Part shown: piece after piece, positions 22,901 through 31,112 of the stretch
How the letters are laid out: each line of letters opens with the position of its first letter
How positions within the stretch are numbered: the stretch's first letter is position 1
Source of the DNA: an uncultured Actinomycetes bacterium
GTDB taxonomy: Bacteria > Actinomycetota > Thermoleophilia > Gaiellales > Gaiellaceae
Length of the DNA stretch: 64,000 nucleotides
Direction of reading: 5' to 3'
NCBI GenBank assembly: GCA_963759435.1
Contig: CAVWZB010000005.1
Span: 75,056 to 139,055 of the forward strand
Translations under genes and position numbers: made by a program
The notes under the pieces: generated by a model
What the model saw: only the letters and a program-made list of their open reading frames with translations
What the model was told of the DNA's origin: nothing
The model's database searches: none

Positions 22901-23385
22901 GGCGCGCTTCCGTCCTCTGGATAGCCCGTGTACCACATGTCATACGTGGTGCCGACCTTGACCACCGTCGGGTCGTCGACGTCGTCTCCGTCGCCCACGG
23001 TGGAGGCAGTCGGCCCGACCACCGGGTCGGCTGCGTCCGGGGTCAGCGGGAGGGGCGTCGAGGGAAGCTTCAGCGTCGCAGCCGCGCCGGTCCCCGACCT
23101 CTGCAGCGTGCTCACCCCGACCGGCGGGAAGAGCTGACTCTGGTAACTGACGCCGTTGTCGAAGTCGGTGTCGGTGTCCCAAGGGGTGACGAACGGCGTG
23201 CCGTTCGTCACGAGGCGGAGGCCGCCGAGAGCATCGAGCGTCGTGTTCGTCAACGGGACCTGAAGACAGCTCGAGTCGACGAACGTCTCGAAGTAGTTCG
23301 AGTCGTCATGCGAACACGCAAAGGCGCGTCCCGGCAGCAGGAGTGCGCACAGGAAGACCAGAGCGACGACCAAGCGACGCGCCAT
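19960..23385 (-). CDS. Large secreted BNR/Asp-box beta-propeller repeat protein with C-terminal Ig-like region
   Basis: ORF, 1141 aa. Signal peptide MARRLVVALVFLCALLLPGRAFA. Asp-boxes recur (TSADGVNW, SSLDGLTW, TSIDGMTW, TSADGSTW, TSGDGSNW), each preceded by a DP.V...G.Y.MWYTG-type strand. This resembles GH43/GH130/sialidase-like folds. Confidence 0.85.
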   Translation of the reverse strand: MARRLVVALVFLCALLLPGRAFACSHDDSNYFETFVDSSCLQVPLTNTTLDALGGLRLVTNGTPFVTPWDTDTDFDNGVSYQSQLFPPVGVSTLQRSGTGAAATLKLPSTPLPLTPDAADPVVGPTASTVGDGDDVDDPTVVKVGTTYDMWYTGYPEDGSAPAIYLATSADGVNWVRGNGGNPVLKGTAGAFDADGVFGADVVYDPSDVIAPYKMWFSGRQGAFGGIGYASSLDGLTWTQYGGPTPLPVLGHGLPGSADSFSAADPSVLKDGSTWKMWYTGDDSNKKRIAYATSIDGMTWAKGGKVIAPEDPGVSANIQFGAFAPTVWKTASGFSMLLTGRKVVGGGVFQTKIMETTSSDGLVWAGPSPALNPSGTDTNFDFSNLNSPDVLSDPGTASPYKLYYSGNTIDANGNFHTRIGLATSSNGSSFNKVNGSKTGGSVLDVGTAGTAFDARQASGISATEPGGTGPKFIGFYWGTRGSDFKPRLGEATSADGSTWTKVAGTADGGSILALPNGNQFNKGGERDPSVLYDSGAGTYDLYFTALDSGGVQSIGFASTTTVGSGSNAPDNTNWSSTATQLLSPGSGFDAFGVSHPSVIKDGANYVMYFTGTASGGVTSIGQSTSTSAGSGFGAGGAISLTPTLPFDSAGAKDPVVVEVGTGDYRMLFTGVDADGIERVGYATSGDGSNWTNHGVVLNPSMTPFAADESGAEPTGMLVDGSTLHVWTSAIDRTGRTRGDHATTSFPTASGSIPGGWATYQLGSSSTTIEDFRQIARTSSGPVSLWVSFLQPYSSGGTDFWSQYFPVTMSSPSEALNFLLTVHAMRWRAQLTTPASSPSLNTVQVTSAPVNFASSGSAGSNPIGAPTGRMVTAWGSLVVNTSLFSPGGSGTGSGTVQVFDASTNQQLSSTPLNTGGTTTVSLASISAASDPTLRVVFALQSSGQATPLVHSFTVSYTSQAAVPGVTLVAAPLKVVFGNAVKLSGLLSQGGVGVAGPVTLEAKPFGASTFTQLSTLTTSSTGTYATTTKPKKQTVYEATATGVTAPPLVTVKVAQRLKLSVRRRGGKVYFKGSLGPKKRRRVIVIQVRAGKRWKVLARVKTSKRSTFKGARSLKPGHAYSFRAKTGAYPGLLSGQSRTVRLRK

Positions 23386-23462
23386 ACGCGGCTATTTTCG
23401 GCCCCGCACCGGATGTTCCTTGAGCACGCGCATCACCCGGCTGAGCCGGGCCGCGGGCTCCG

Positions 23463-24581
23463 TCAGCCGACCACGACGCGCTCGTAGCAGTCGGCGAGCC
23501 GTCGGGCGAGCAGGGGCCAGGCGTACTCGCTCTCGGCGCGCTCGCGCGCGGCTCGGCCTCGCTCGGCCCGCGCGGGCTCGTCTGCGAGCAGTGACACGAT
23601 CGCCTCGGCGAGGGCGTCGGCATCGCCGGGCGGTGCGAGGTCGCCGGTCTCCTCGGTGACGACGTCGCGGTAGCCCGGGATATCCGAGGCGACAACGGGC
23701 GTCGCGCACGCGAACGCTCGCGTGATCGTCATGCCGAAGCTCTCGTTGCCGAGCGACGGCGCGACGAGGAGCTTCGCCGTCGCGAGCTCTTCGGTCATCG
23801 AGTCGTCGTCGACGAAGCCCAGGATGTCGATCCCCTCCTCCGAGATGCGGAGCCGCGTGAGCAGCAACCGCACAGCGAGAGGATCGGCGCCGAGCACACG
23901 CAGCCGGATCCCACTGCCGCGCAGGCGCGGCCACGCCCGCAGCAGCACCGGCAGGCCCTTGCGCGGGTCGTGGCGGCCCGCGAAGACGATGCGGTCGGCG
24001 CGGTCGCCCGGGTGGATCCCTTCCGGGATCTCGACGCCGTTCGGGATCACCTCATAATGGCCCGGCGCATAGGGGGACGCGGCGAGGCGCGCCTGCTCGG
24101 AGACGGCGATGCGCAGGTCGATCCTGCGGATCAGGAACCCCCACAGGGGCTCCGCGAACCGGCGCCAGGACGAGTTGCCGGCCGCGTGGAACGTCGCGAC
24201 CGCCGGCCCGGCCCAGAGCGCGAGAGCGGCCGGGCTCAGCATCGGCGCGAGCGGCTCGTGCACGTGGATGAGGTCGAAGCGCTCGCGGGCCAGCACACGG
24301 CGCATCTGCGTCAGCGCACGCGGGCTCAGGACGAGGTTCGAGAGTGCGCCGTTGCCCGGCACGATCACCGAGCGGCCGAGAGGGATCACGCTTGGGGGCG
24401 GCGGCCCCGGCCGGCCCTCGCGCGGGTGAAGAACGCGGCTGAACGAGCCGGGCGGGTCGTTGCCGATCAGCAGCCGCGTCTCGATCCCGACCGCCTCGAG
24501 CGCGCGAGCCTGCGCGTCGGCGTGGTCCACGACGCCGCCGCCGAACGACCACGAGTACGGGACGACGATGCCGACCTTCAT
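23463..24581 (-). CDS. GT4-family glycosyltransferase (PimA-like)
   Basis: In ORF 23463-24797. The ATG at 24581 gives MKVGIVVPYSWSFGGGVVDHADAQARALEA.... The C-terminal region ESFGMTITRAFACATPVVASDIPGYRDVV is the GT4 nucleotide-sugar region. Confidence 0.88.
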   Translation of the reverse strand: MKVGIVVPYSWSFGGGVVDHADAQARALEAVGIETRLLIGNDPPGSFSRVLHPREGRPGPPPPSVIPLGRSVIVPGNGALSNLVLSPRALTQMRRVLARERFDLIHVHEPLAPMLSPAALALWAGPAVATFHAAGNSSWRRFAEPLWGFLIRRIDLRIAVSEQARLAASPYAPGHYEVIPNGVEIPEGIHPGDRADRIVFAGRHDPRKGLPVLLRAWPRLRGSGIRLRVLGADPLAVRLLLTRLRISEEGIDILGFVDDDSMTEELATAKLLVAPSLGNESFGMTITRAFACATPVVASDIPGYRDVVTEETGDLAPPGDADALAEAIVSLLADEPARAERGRAARERAESEYAWPLLARRLADCYERVVVG

Positions 24582-24592
24582 CCGGGCCGAGG

Positions 24593-24979
24593 CTACCGGC
24601 GGCGCGCGAGCAGGAGCCCCAAGACCGCGCCTGCGAACAGGAGCTGTGTCTCGGTCGACATCCCGACGCCGTGACGGCCTCCTCCGCGGTGGAAGATCTT
24701 CTCCCCCCGCACACGCAGCCACGGCACGAGGTGCTCGAGGTCCGGCATCGAGGCGGCCGCGCCGCCGAGCACGGCGGGGTCGAGCGGGCCACGCCACGCG
24801 GCGAGCAGCCCGAGCGCCGCGAGGCCGCTGCCGATCTCGAAGCTCCGGTCGGGGATGTCCTCGTGCGGCACGCGATCACCGGCGACGTGGAGCGGCGGGC
24901 CGAGGAGCAGCGCGAGCGGACGCGAACGGACGACGGCTCCCATCGCCGCTCCCGTTGCGACGTGCAGCGAGACGATCAC
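24593..24979 (-). CDS. Hypothetical small membrane protein
   Basis: ORF, 128 aa, hydrophobic (MIVSLHVATGAAMGAVV...LLFAGAVLGLLLARRR). It ends 12 nt upstream of the GT4 start. No family recognised with confidence. Confidence 0.5.
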   Translation of the reverse strand: MIVSLHVATGAAMGAVVRSRPLALLLGPPLHVAGDRVPHEDIPDRSFEIGSGLAALGLLAAWRGPLDPAVLGGAAASMPDLEHLVPWLRVRGEKIFHRGGGRHGVGMSTETQLLFAGAVLGLLLARRR

Positions 24980-25008
24980 GCTCCGATCATCGCGTATGCT
25001 CCCGGGCG

Positions 25009-25233
25009 ATGGGCGTCACCGGCTGGTTCCGCCGCCTCTTCTCCGGAGGCCCGTCCACGGGATCGGCCGAGGACGACGCGATCCTGCGCGAGGAGTACGG
25101 CGAGGGAGCCGTCGGAGAGCCGGGGCCAGGCGGGATCATCGGCGGGGTCTCCGGGTTCGCGGGCCTCGAGGACGCCCAAGCGGCCGAGGGCCTGGAGGAG
25201 CAGACCGAGGCGCCGGAGGATCCGGCTCCCTAG
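25009..25233 (+). CDS. Hypothetical small acidic protein
   Basis: ATG 25009 lies in the frame of ORF 24460-25233 and gives MGVTGWFRRLFSGGPSTGSAEDDAILREEYGEG...EEQTEAPEDPAP. There is no SD and no recognised family. Confidence 0.3.
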   Translation: MGVTGWFRRLFSGGPSTGSAEDDAILREEYGEGAVGEPGPGGIIGGVSGFAGLEDAQAAEGLEEQTEAPEDPAP

Positions 25234-25291
25234 GCCGCGCCTGAGGTAGCGTTCTGCCCGGTGTGCCGGGAAGGCTGGTCGGCGTGAGCCG

Positions 25292-26292
25292 ATGACGCCC
25301 GCACTCGCCATCCCACTCTTCGTCGCGTCCATCGCGCTGATGCTGCTCGCGTCTGCGGTATTCGCGCGCCGGCTCGACCACATCGGGCTACGGCTCGGCC
25401 TCCCCGAGACGCTCCTCGGCCTGCTCACTGCGCTCGCGGCCAACGCGCCGGAGCTCGCCTCGGCGGTCACTGCCCTCATCACGAACCACCACGCCGTCGC
25501 GGTCGGCGTCTCCGTCGGCGCGAGCGCATTCAACCTCGCTGCGATGCTCGGGTTGAGCGCCGTAGTGACTGCGCGCGTCCGGGTGCGACACGAGGCGCTC
25601 GAGGTCGAGGCCTTCGTCGGGCTGTGCATGATCGGCATCGCGATCGCGGTTGCCGCGGGAGTCCTCGGCGGCACGGCCGGCATCGTGCTCGTCGCCGTCG
25701 TCGCGGTTCCCTACGTCGCCCTGCTCGCCGCAGGCCCGCGACTCGTGCGGCGGCTGCGGCTCGGCGCCGAGGAGTCGCGCTTCGTCCAGCGGAGCCTCGG
25801 CGAGCCGCATCGGCGCGTGCAGCCCCTCGACTCCCACCGCGAGGCGACACGGCTCGTACTCGTCCTGATCGCCGCGCTCTGCCTGATCGTGGCAGGAAGC
25901 GTCGGCGCGGTCCGAGCGGCAACTGAGCTCGCCCACGCGTGGTCGGTCCCGGACGAGCTCGTCGGGGTGCTCGGCCTCGCGGTCTTGACTGCACTGCCGA
26001 ACGCATGGACGGGAGTGCGCTTCGGCCTGCAACGCCGCGGCTCCGCCCTGATCAGCGAGACCCTCAACTCGAACTCGATCAACATGGTGGCGGGGATCGC
26101 CCTACCCGCCGCCTCGGCGCGATTGTCAGCTTCTCCCATCTCGCCGTGTTCAGCCTCGCGTGGCTGTTCGGAATGACCGTCGCGGCGCTCGTGCTGTTCG
26201 GGAAGCGCGGCGGCGCCGGCCGAAGCGCGGGCGCCCTCCTGATCGTCCTCTACGCCGTGTTCGTCGTCGTGCAAGTCGCGGCGGCCGGCTAG
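25292..26292 (+). pseudogene. Ca2+/cation antiporter (CaCA, YrbG-like) with an apparent frame break near 26100-26115
   Basis: ORF 25292-26176 carries the alpha-repeat GLPETLLGLLTALAANAPELASAV and ...LISETLNSNSINMVAGIALP. The last TM helices continue in the frame of ORF 25939-26292 (LGAIVSFSHLAVFSLAWLFGMTVAALVLFG...). Confidence 0.7.
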
Positions 26293-26296
26293 GGGT

Positions 26297-27982
26297 CTAG
26301 TCCCGAATCGCCGCGGGCTGCTCGAGCGCGGACTCCTCGGGGGCGACGACCCGCCCGCCGCGCGACCACGAGGCGAGCGCCGCGACGAGGCAGGCCACGA
26401 TCGCGAAGGCGAACGCCTCGTCGAGACCGCTGCGGAACGGCCCCGCGATCAAGTGGGGGAAGAACGCACGTCCCTTGATGGCGGCGGCGCTGTGTGCGGG
26501 GAGCCGCGCGAGCACGTGCGGGCCGAGCAGCTTCTGCGCCGGGTTGTAGCCGAGGAACGCGGCGAAGAGCACCGAGACGGGAGGCAGCTTGCTCACGCGC
26601 GTCGCGACGTGGGCGGAGACGCCGTGCGCCTGTAGTCCGGTCGCGAGCGAGTGCGGCAAGGTCGCCGACAGCCCGACGATCATCAGCGTGAAGAAGATCC
26701 CGATCGACAAGACCTGGGCGGAGTTCTGGAACGTCTGGTTCATCCCGCCGCCCGCTCCCCGGTGCTGCGCGGGCAGGCTGTTCATCACTCCCGCCCGGTT
26801 CGGCGAGGCGAAGGCGCCCATCGACAGTCCCATCAAGAGGAGGATGGCCGCGAGCTCCGCGTACGAGAAGTTCACCGGCAGCATCGCGAGCAGGAAGAAG
26901 CTGAGCGCGGAGACGAGCATCCCGCCGGTCGCGAACGGCCGCGCGCCGTAGCGGTCGGAGAGGATCCCCGAGATCGGGCCGGCGATGAGGAACCCGATCG
27001 TCAGCGGCAGCATCCGGATTCCGGCCCAGAGTGGCGTCGAGGCGAAGCTGACGCCGTGCTCGGGTAGCCAGATCCCCTGCAGCCAGATGATCAGCATGAA
27101 CATCAGGCCGCCGCGCGAGATCGCCGAGAGGAAGCTCGAGAGGACTCCGAAGGTGAAGGCTCGGATCTTGAACAACTGCATACGGAACATCGGCGCCTTC
27201 GACCGCAGCTCCACGACGACGAAGAGCGCGAGCAGAGCGCCCCCGGCGACGAGGCATCCTTCGACGGTCGGAGACGTCCAGCCCATCGGGTGGTTCCCGT
27301 ACGGCCGGATCCCGTACGTGATCCCGACCATCACGAGCACGAGCCCCGCGGCGAAGGTGAGGTTGCCCAGCCAGTCGATCGGATCCCGGGTGCGCACGCC
27401 GATCTCGCGCAGGCTCCGATACGACCAGATCGTCCCCACGATGCCCGTCGGCACCGACACGAGGAAGACGAGCCGCCACGAGATCGGCGCGAGCAGGCCG
27501 CCGAGCACGAGGCCGATGAACATGCCGCTGATGCCGACGACGTTGTTGATCCCGAGTGCCAGCCCGCGCTGGTTCGCCGGGAACGCGTCGGTGAGGATCG
27601 CGACCGAGTTCGCGACCAGGAACGCCGCGCCGATCCCCTGCACGATCCGGAAGGAGATCAGCCAGTCGGCACCCGCGCGGCCGTGGAGCCAGTCGATCGT
27701 CAGCAGCAGCGACGCCAGCGTGTAGACGACGAAGCCGACGTTGTACATCCGCACGCGTCCGAACTGGTCGCCGAGCCGGCCCAGGCTGACGACGAGGACG
27801 CTCGACACGACGAGGAAGCCGAGGATCATCCACAGCAGGTAGAAGCTGTTGCCGGGCTTGAGCGGGTCGAGGTGGATGCCGCGGAAGATGGCCGGCATCG
27901 CGATCAGCACGATCGAGCCGTCGATCGTCGCGAGCAGCACGCCCAGCGTCGTGTTGGAGAGCGCGACCCACTTGTAGTCCAT
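26297..27982 (-). CDS. MFS transporter, DHA2 family
   Basis: In ORF 26297-28003. I prefer ATG 27982 (MDYKWVALSNTTLGVLLATIDGSIVLIAMP...), which is preceded by GGGGGAA. It is divergent from a MarR gene. Confidence 0.9.
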   Translation of the reverse strand: MDYKWVALSNTTLGVLLATIDGSIVLIAMPAIFRGIHLDPLKPGNSFYLLWMILGFLVVSSVLVVSLGRLGDQFGRVRMYNVGFVVYTLASLLLTIDWLHGRAGADWLISFRIVQGIGAAFLVANSVAILTDAFPANQRGLALGINNVVGISGMFIGLVLGGLLAPISWRLVFLVSVPTGIVGTIWSYRSLREIGVRTRDPIDWLGNLTFAAGLVLVMVGITYGIRPYGNHPMGWTSPTVEGCLVAGGALLALFVVVELRSKAPMFRMQLFKIRAFTFGVLSSFLSAISRGGLMFMLIIWLQGIWLPEHGVSFASTPLWAGIRMLPLTIGFLIAGPISGILSDRYGARPFATGGMLVSALSFFLLAMLPVNFSYAELAAILLLMGLSMGAFASPNRAGVMNSLPAQHRGAGGGMNQTFQNSAQVLSIGIFFTLMIVGLSATLPHSLATGLQAHGVSAHVATRVSKLPPVSVLFAAFLGYNPAQKLLGPHVLARLPAHSAAAIKGRAFFPHLIAGPFRSGLDEAFAFAIVACLVAALASWSRGGRVVAPEESALEQPAAIRD

Positions 27983-27994
27983 GTTCCCCCGCTT

Positions 27995-28022
27995 GACAGG
28001 CAACCTGCTCAGGTTACCTGTC
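27995..28022. promoter_or_regulatory. Palindromic operator candidate in the MarR/MFS divergent intergenic region
   Basis: GACAGGCAACCTG-CT-CAGGTTACCTGTC. The arms match at 12 of 13 positions. It lies in the 52-bp gap between the MFS start (27982) and the MarR start (28035). Confidence 0.55.
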
Positions 28023-28034
28023 TACAATCTCCGC

Positions 28035-28463
28035 ATGCCGCATCCCTCGACGCAGGTCGTGAAGGGCGCAAGCGAGCTCAGGCTGGTGCTCGGCCAGCTC
28101 GTCAGGAGGCTCAGGGCCGAGTACTCGTTCCCCGTCGCACAGGCGAGCGTCCTCAGCCGGCTCGACCGCGAGGGAGCGCAGACCGCCAGCGCGCTCGCCG
28201 CCGCCGAGCACGTCCGGCCGCAGTCCATGGCCCAGACGCTCACCGAGCTCGAGGCGGCCGGCCTGATCGAGCGCAGCCCCGACCCCGCCGACCGCCGGAG
28301 CAGCCGGATCGAGCTCACCGAGCAGGGCCGCGACCGCGTCCTCGAAGGACGGGGGCGGCGCGAGGACTGGCTCGCCGCGGCGATCGCGGCCGAGTTGAGC
28401 CCGGAGGAGCAGCGGACGCTGCTGGCGGCGGTGCCGCTGCTGCGGCGGCTGTCGGGACACTGA
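28035..28463 (+). CDS. MarR-family transcriptional regulator
   Basis: In ORF 27981-28463. ATG 28035 gives MPHPSTQVVKGASELRLVLGQLVRRLR...SVLSRLDREGAQTASALAAAEHVRPQSMAQTLTELEAAGLIERSPDPADRR, a winged HTH. Confidence 0.9.
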   Translation: MPHPSTQVVKGASELRLVLGQLVRRLRAEYSFPVAQASVLSRLDREGAQTASALAAAEHVRPQSMAQTLTELEAAGLIERSPDPADRRSSRIELTEQGRDRVLEGRGRREDWLAAAIAAELSPEEQRTLLAAVPLLRRLSGH

Positions 28464-28583
28464 GCTGTCCGGACACTGAGCACAACAGGAGTAAGCATCC
28501 GGTAAAGGCCACCAGCAGGCGCGCCGATGCCGGGTTACCCTCCCCTAGAGAGAGGCATTCGGGGGCAAAAGGAAGTGTCGTCG

Positions 28584-30383
28584 TTGGGAAGACGGATCGG
28601 GATAGTGCTCGTGGTCGTGCTGTCAGCGAGCGCCTCGCTGGCGTATCTCGCCGTGGGCGCCCGTGCGGCGACGACGTCGTTCAACCGCACACGGACGATC
28701 CTCTTCAACGGTGAGCCGACGTTCCCGCTCGTGCTCTCGCCGGGACCGCCGCTGGGCACCAAGACGCCCTGGGGCGCCGACGGCCTCACCGAGACCGCGA
28801 CGGCCGGGGCGAACGTGTACCGGACCGGAACCGGCGGGATCTGGAGCGACGGCGACATCAGCTCCGCGCTCGCCTGGGACCGCGCGGCGGCTGCCCTCCA
28901 CGTCTACACCTGGCCGAACCTGGGCGGCTACTCGCAGGCGCTCCCCGGCTCGGCGGAAGACGTCGGGCTCGCGGACGTGGTCAACAAGCTCACAAGTGAT
29001 CCGAGCGGCAGCGCGATCGCCTTCTGGAAAGGCCGCGACGAGCCCTGGTTCAGCGACATCGCGCCCACGGCGCTCCAGTTCGCGTACTGCCGCGTCACCT
29101 CGCGCGGAGACCCGTCCTGGTGCGACGGCGAGAATCCGCTCGACCCGAGCCAGCTCTGGGTGACCATCGAGGCTCCCCGCGGTAGCGTCGACGACCTCGC
29201 TCCGTATACGAGCGTCACCGACGTCCACGGCGTCGACATCTACCCGGTGACGCTGGCTCACCCGCTGCCGAACCTCGGTCTCGTCGGCCAGTGGACGGCG
29301 TCGCTCTCCTCGATCACGCCGCTGGCACCGGTCTGGACGACGATCCAGATCTGCGCGAGCGGCAGCGTCGACAAGACGACAGGCAACTACGTCGTCCCCA
29401 CCTACCAGCAAGAGCGGTTCATGGCCTATGACGCGATCCTGAACGGGGCCAAGGCGCTCACCTTCTTCGGCGGCAACAACGTCAACTGCTTCAGCGGCAG
29501 CGACGCCACGTACGGGTGGAACTGGTCGTTCTGGCAAAGCGTCCTCGAACCGGTGGTGAAGCAGCTCTCGGCCTCGAGCGCGATCGCGCCCGCGCTCGTC
29601 AACGCGGCCAGGACCCCGCACGTGACCACGGCCGGCTCCGGCACCGAGACGATGGTGAGGGAAGGGACGTCCATCGACGACCTCTGGCTGATCGCGGCCC
29701 GCAAAGGGGCCGGCATGAGGACCGTGAAGTTCAAGGGGCTGCCGCGCTGGGCGCATCGGGCCAGCGTCTACACCGAGAACCGCTCGATCACCGCTTCGAC
29801 CGGCTCGTTCAGCGACCGCTTCGCCCAGTGGGACGTCCACGTCTACCACTTCGTCGAGCCGCTCATCCTGAAGAAGGTGGCGCCCGGCAAGGCGAAGATC
29901 GGCTCTCGCGTCACGCTGCAGGGGAAGGGTCTGGCCGCGGCGAAAGGCGTCAGCTTCGGCGACGTCAAGGCCCGCTTCAAGATCGTGAACGACGGCAAGC
30001 TCGTGGCCACCGTTCCGGGCCGGGCTCACAGCGGCCCGATCGTCGTCACCTCGCCGCTCAAGCACGTCCAGACAAAGACCGCGTTCCCGATCCTCCCGTC
30101 CGCCACGACGTTGCCGCGGATCACCGGGACCGTGCGCCTCGGCCACCGGCTCGAGGCGACGAGGGGCGTCTGGAACGGCGACTCGCCGACCGGCTACAAG
30201 TTCCAGTGGCTGGCTTGCAACCGGCACGGAAGCGACTGCCGGCCCATTCCGGGCGCAACGAGGCGAACGGTGCAGCTCGGCCCGAGCGAGCTCGGGGAGC
30301 GGCTCCGCGTCCTCGTCACCGCGCGCGCCGGATCCGGCACCTCGAGCGCCCGCTCGGCGGTGACCAAGGTCGTCACGGGGTAG
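28584..30383 (+). CDS. Secreted protein with IPT/TIG-like domain and one YQWQRC-type module; possible glycosidase-like N-domain
   Basis: In ORF 28527-30383. AAAGGAAG lies 8 nt before TTG 28584 (start uncertain; GTG 28575 is possible). After the signal peptide comes a region of about 430 aa of unknown fold. This is followed by VAPGKAKIGSRVTLQGKGLAAAKGVSFGDVKARFKIVNDGKLVATVP (IPT-like). The last element is GVWNGDSPTGYKFQWLACNRHGSDCRPIPGAT. Confidence 0.8.
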   Translation: MGRRIGIVLVVVLSASASLAYLAVGARAATTSFNRTRTILFNGEPTFPLVLSPGPPLGTKTPWGADGLTETATAGANVYRTGTGGIWSDGDISSALAWDRAAAALHVYTWPNLGGYSQALPGSAEDVGLADVVNKLTSDPSGSAIAFWKGRDEPWFSDIAPTALQFAYCRVTSRGDPSWCDGENPLDPSQLWVTIEAPRGSVDDLAPYTSVTDVHGVDIYPVTLAHPLPNLGLVGQWTASLSSITPLAPVWTTIQICASGSVDKTTGNYVVPTYQQERFMAYDAILNGAKALTFFGGNNVNCFSGSDATYGWNWSFWQSVLEPVVKQLSASSAIAPALVNAARTPHVTTAGSGTETMVREGTSIDDLWLIAARKGAGMRTVKFKGLPRWAHRASVYTENRSITASTGSFSDRFAQWDVHVYHFVEPLILKKVAPGKAKIGSRVTLQGKGLAAAKGVSFGDVKARFKIVNDGKLVATVPGRAHSGPIVVTSPLKHVQTKTAFPILPSATTLPRITGTVRLGHRLEATRGVWNGDSPTGYKFQWLACNRHGSDCRPIPGATRRTVQLGPSELGERLRVLVTARAGSGTSSARSAVTKVVTG

Positions 30384-30390
30384 CGCCTCC

Positions 30391-30430
30391 TCCGCGCTAG
30401 TGCTTCTTGCTCCGCGCTAGTGCTTCTTGA
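30391..30430. repeat. Tandem 20-bp duplication spanning a stop codon
   Basis: TCCGCGCTAGTGCTTCTTGC (30391-30410) is followed directly by TCCGCGCTAGTGCTTCTTGA (30411-30430), matching at 19 of 20 positions. The second copy holds the last codons and stop (..KKH*) of the minus-strand gene ending at 30417. Confidence 0.9.
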
Positions 30431-30902
30431 TGACCTTGCCCGAGGGCGAGAGGACGTACCAGAGACCGCCGTTGAGATCCTGCGCCTGGCCGTTTGCCTG
30501 GCCGGGCTTCGAATCGCCGATGTAGGTGTAGAGCGGCCAGCGGTTGTACGTGACGACGCGGCCGTCCATGCCCAGCAGCTTCTTCCTCGCGGCACCGCCC
30601 GCCGTGGGCTTCACGCCCTTCTTCAGCTTGAGGGGCGGCCAGGCCGCCGCGCACGAGCCCTTGCAGGTCACTTTCTTCTGGTGATCCGGCACGAACATGT
30701 ACAGCGTCCTGCCCTTGCTGTTCACGAGGATCGTCCCCAGCTTCTTGAGCGTCTTCGTCTGCACCGTCGCGGCCTTGTTCGCGGCGTGCTGAGCAGCCGC
30801 CTTGGAGCTGGCCGATCCGGTCCAGCCGATTGCGACGATCGCGACCGCTGCGGCGAGGACAGCGACGACGGCGAGCCGGGGGGAGTGCCTGCGCGTAGCC
30901 AT
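30417..30902 (-). CDS. Secreted COG4315-type protein (two repeats of the Lipoprotein_15 motif)
   Basis: In ORF 30417-30920. LGTILVNSKGRTLYMFVPD...CKGSCAAAWPP and DGRVVTYNRWPLYTYIGDSKPGQANGQ match the tandem repeat family. Start is ATG 30902 or TTG 30920. Confidence 0.85.
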   Translation of the reverse strand: MATRRHSPRLAVVAVLAAAVAIVAIGWTGSASSKAAAQHAANKAATVQTKTLKKLGTILVNSKGRTLYMFVPDHQKKVTCKGSCAAAWPPLKLKKGVKPTAGGAARKKLLGMDGRVVTYNRWPLYTYIGDSKPGQANGQAQDLNGGLWYVLSPSGKVIKKH

Positions 30903-30958
30903 TGCCGTCACTCTAGACAAAGGAGCGCGCTGTTCGGATTCATGCTCTCAGAAGGGCC

Positions 30959-30985
30959 GAAGCGGCGGGCTAGGCCCGCCGCTTC
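30959..30985 (-). terminator. GC hairpin between the GGDEF-EAL gene and the COG4315-type gene
   Basis: GAAGCGGCGGGC (30959-30970) pairs with GCCCGCCGCTTC (30974-30985), a perfect 12-bp stem with a 3-nt loop. It is 128 nt downstream of stop 31113 and about 55 nt upstream of the next start. It could be a terminator or an attenuator. Confidence 0.5.
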
Positions 30986-31112
30986 CAAACTCCGCCGCAG
31001 AGTTGTTGCCGTCAGCCCCGAGCGGGAGTCAAGAGGATCATCTCGCTCCCTGGTCCCGCTGGGCCTCCCCCGTTTGGGGGATCTGTGGGAATGGCGCGCT
31101 TGAACCGCGTTG

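Noticed and set aside
27993-28026. TTGACA ... TACAAT as a canonical sigma-70 promoter in the MarR/MFS spacer.
   Set aside because: The hexamers are 24 nt apart, well beyond the 16-18 nt optimum, so I do not call it a promoter.
30911-30918. CTCTAGAC, which shares 8 nt with the -10 region of the microprotein promoters.
   Set aside because: There is no GGAAG-like -35 at the 17-nt spacing, and it overlaps the candidate start codons of the COG4315-type gene. It is probably a chance match.
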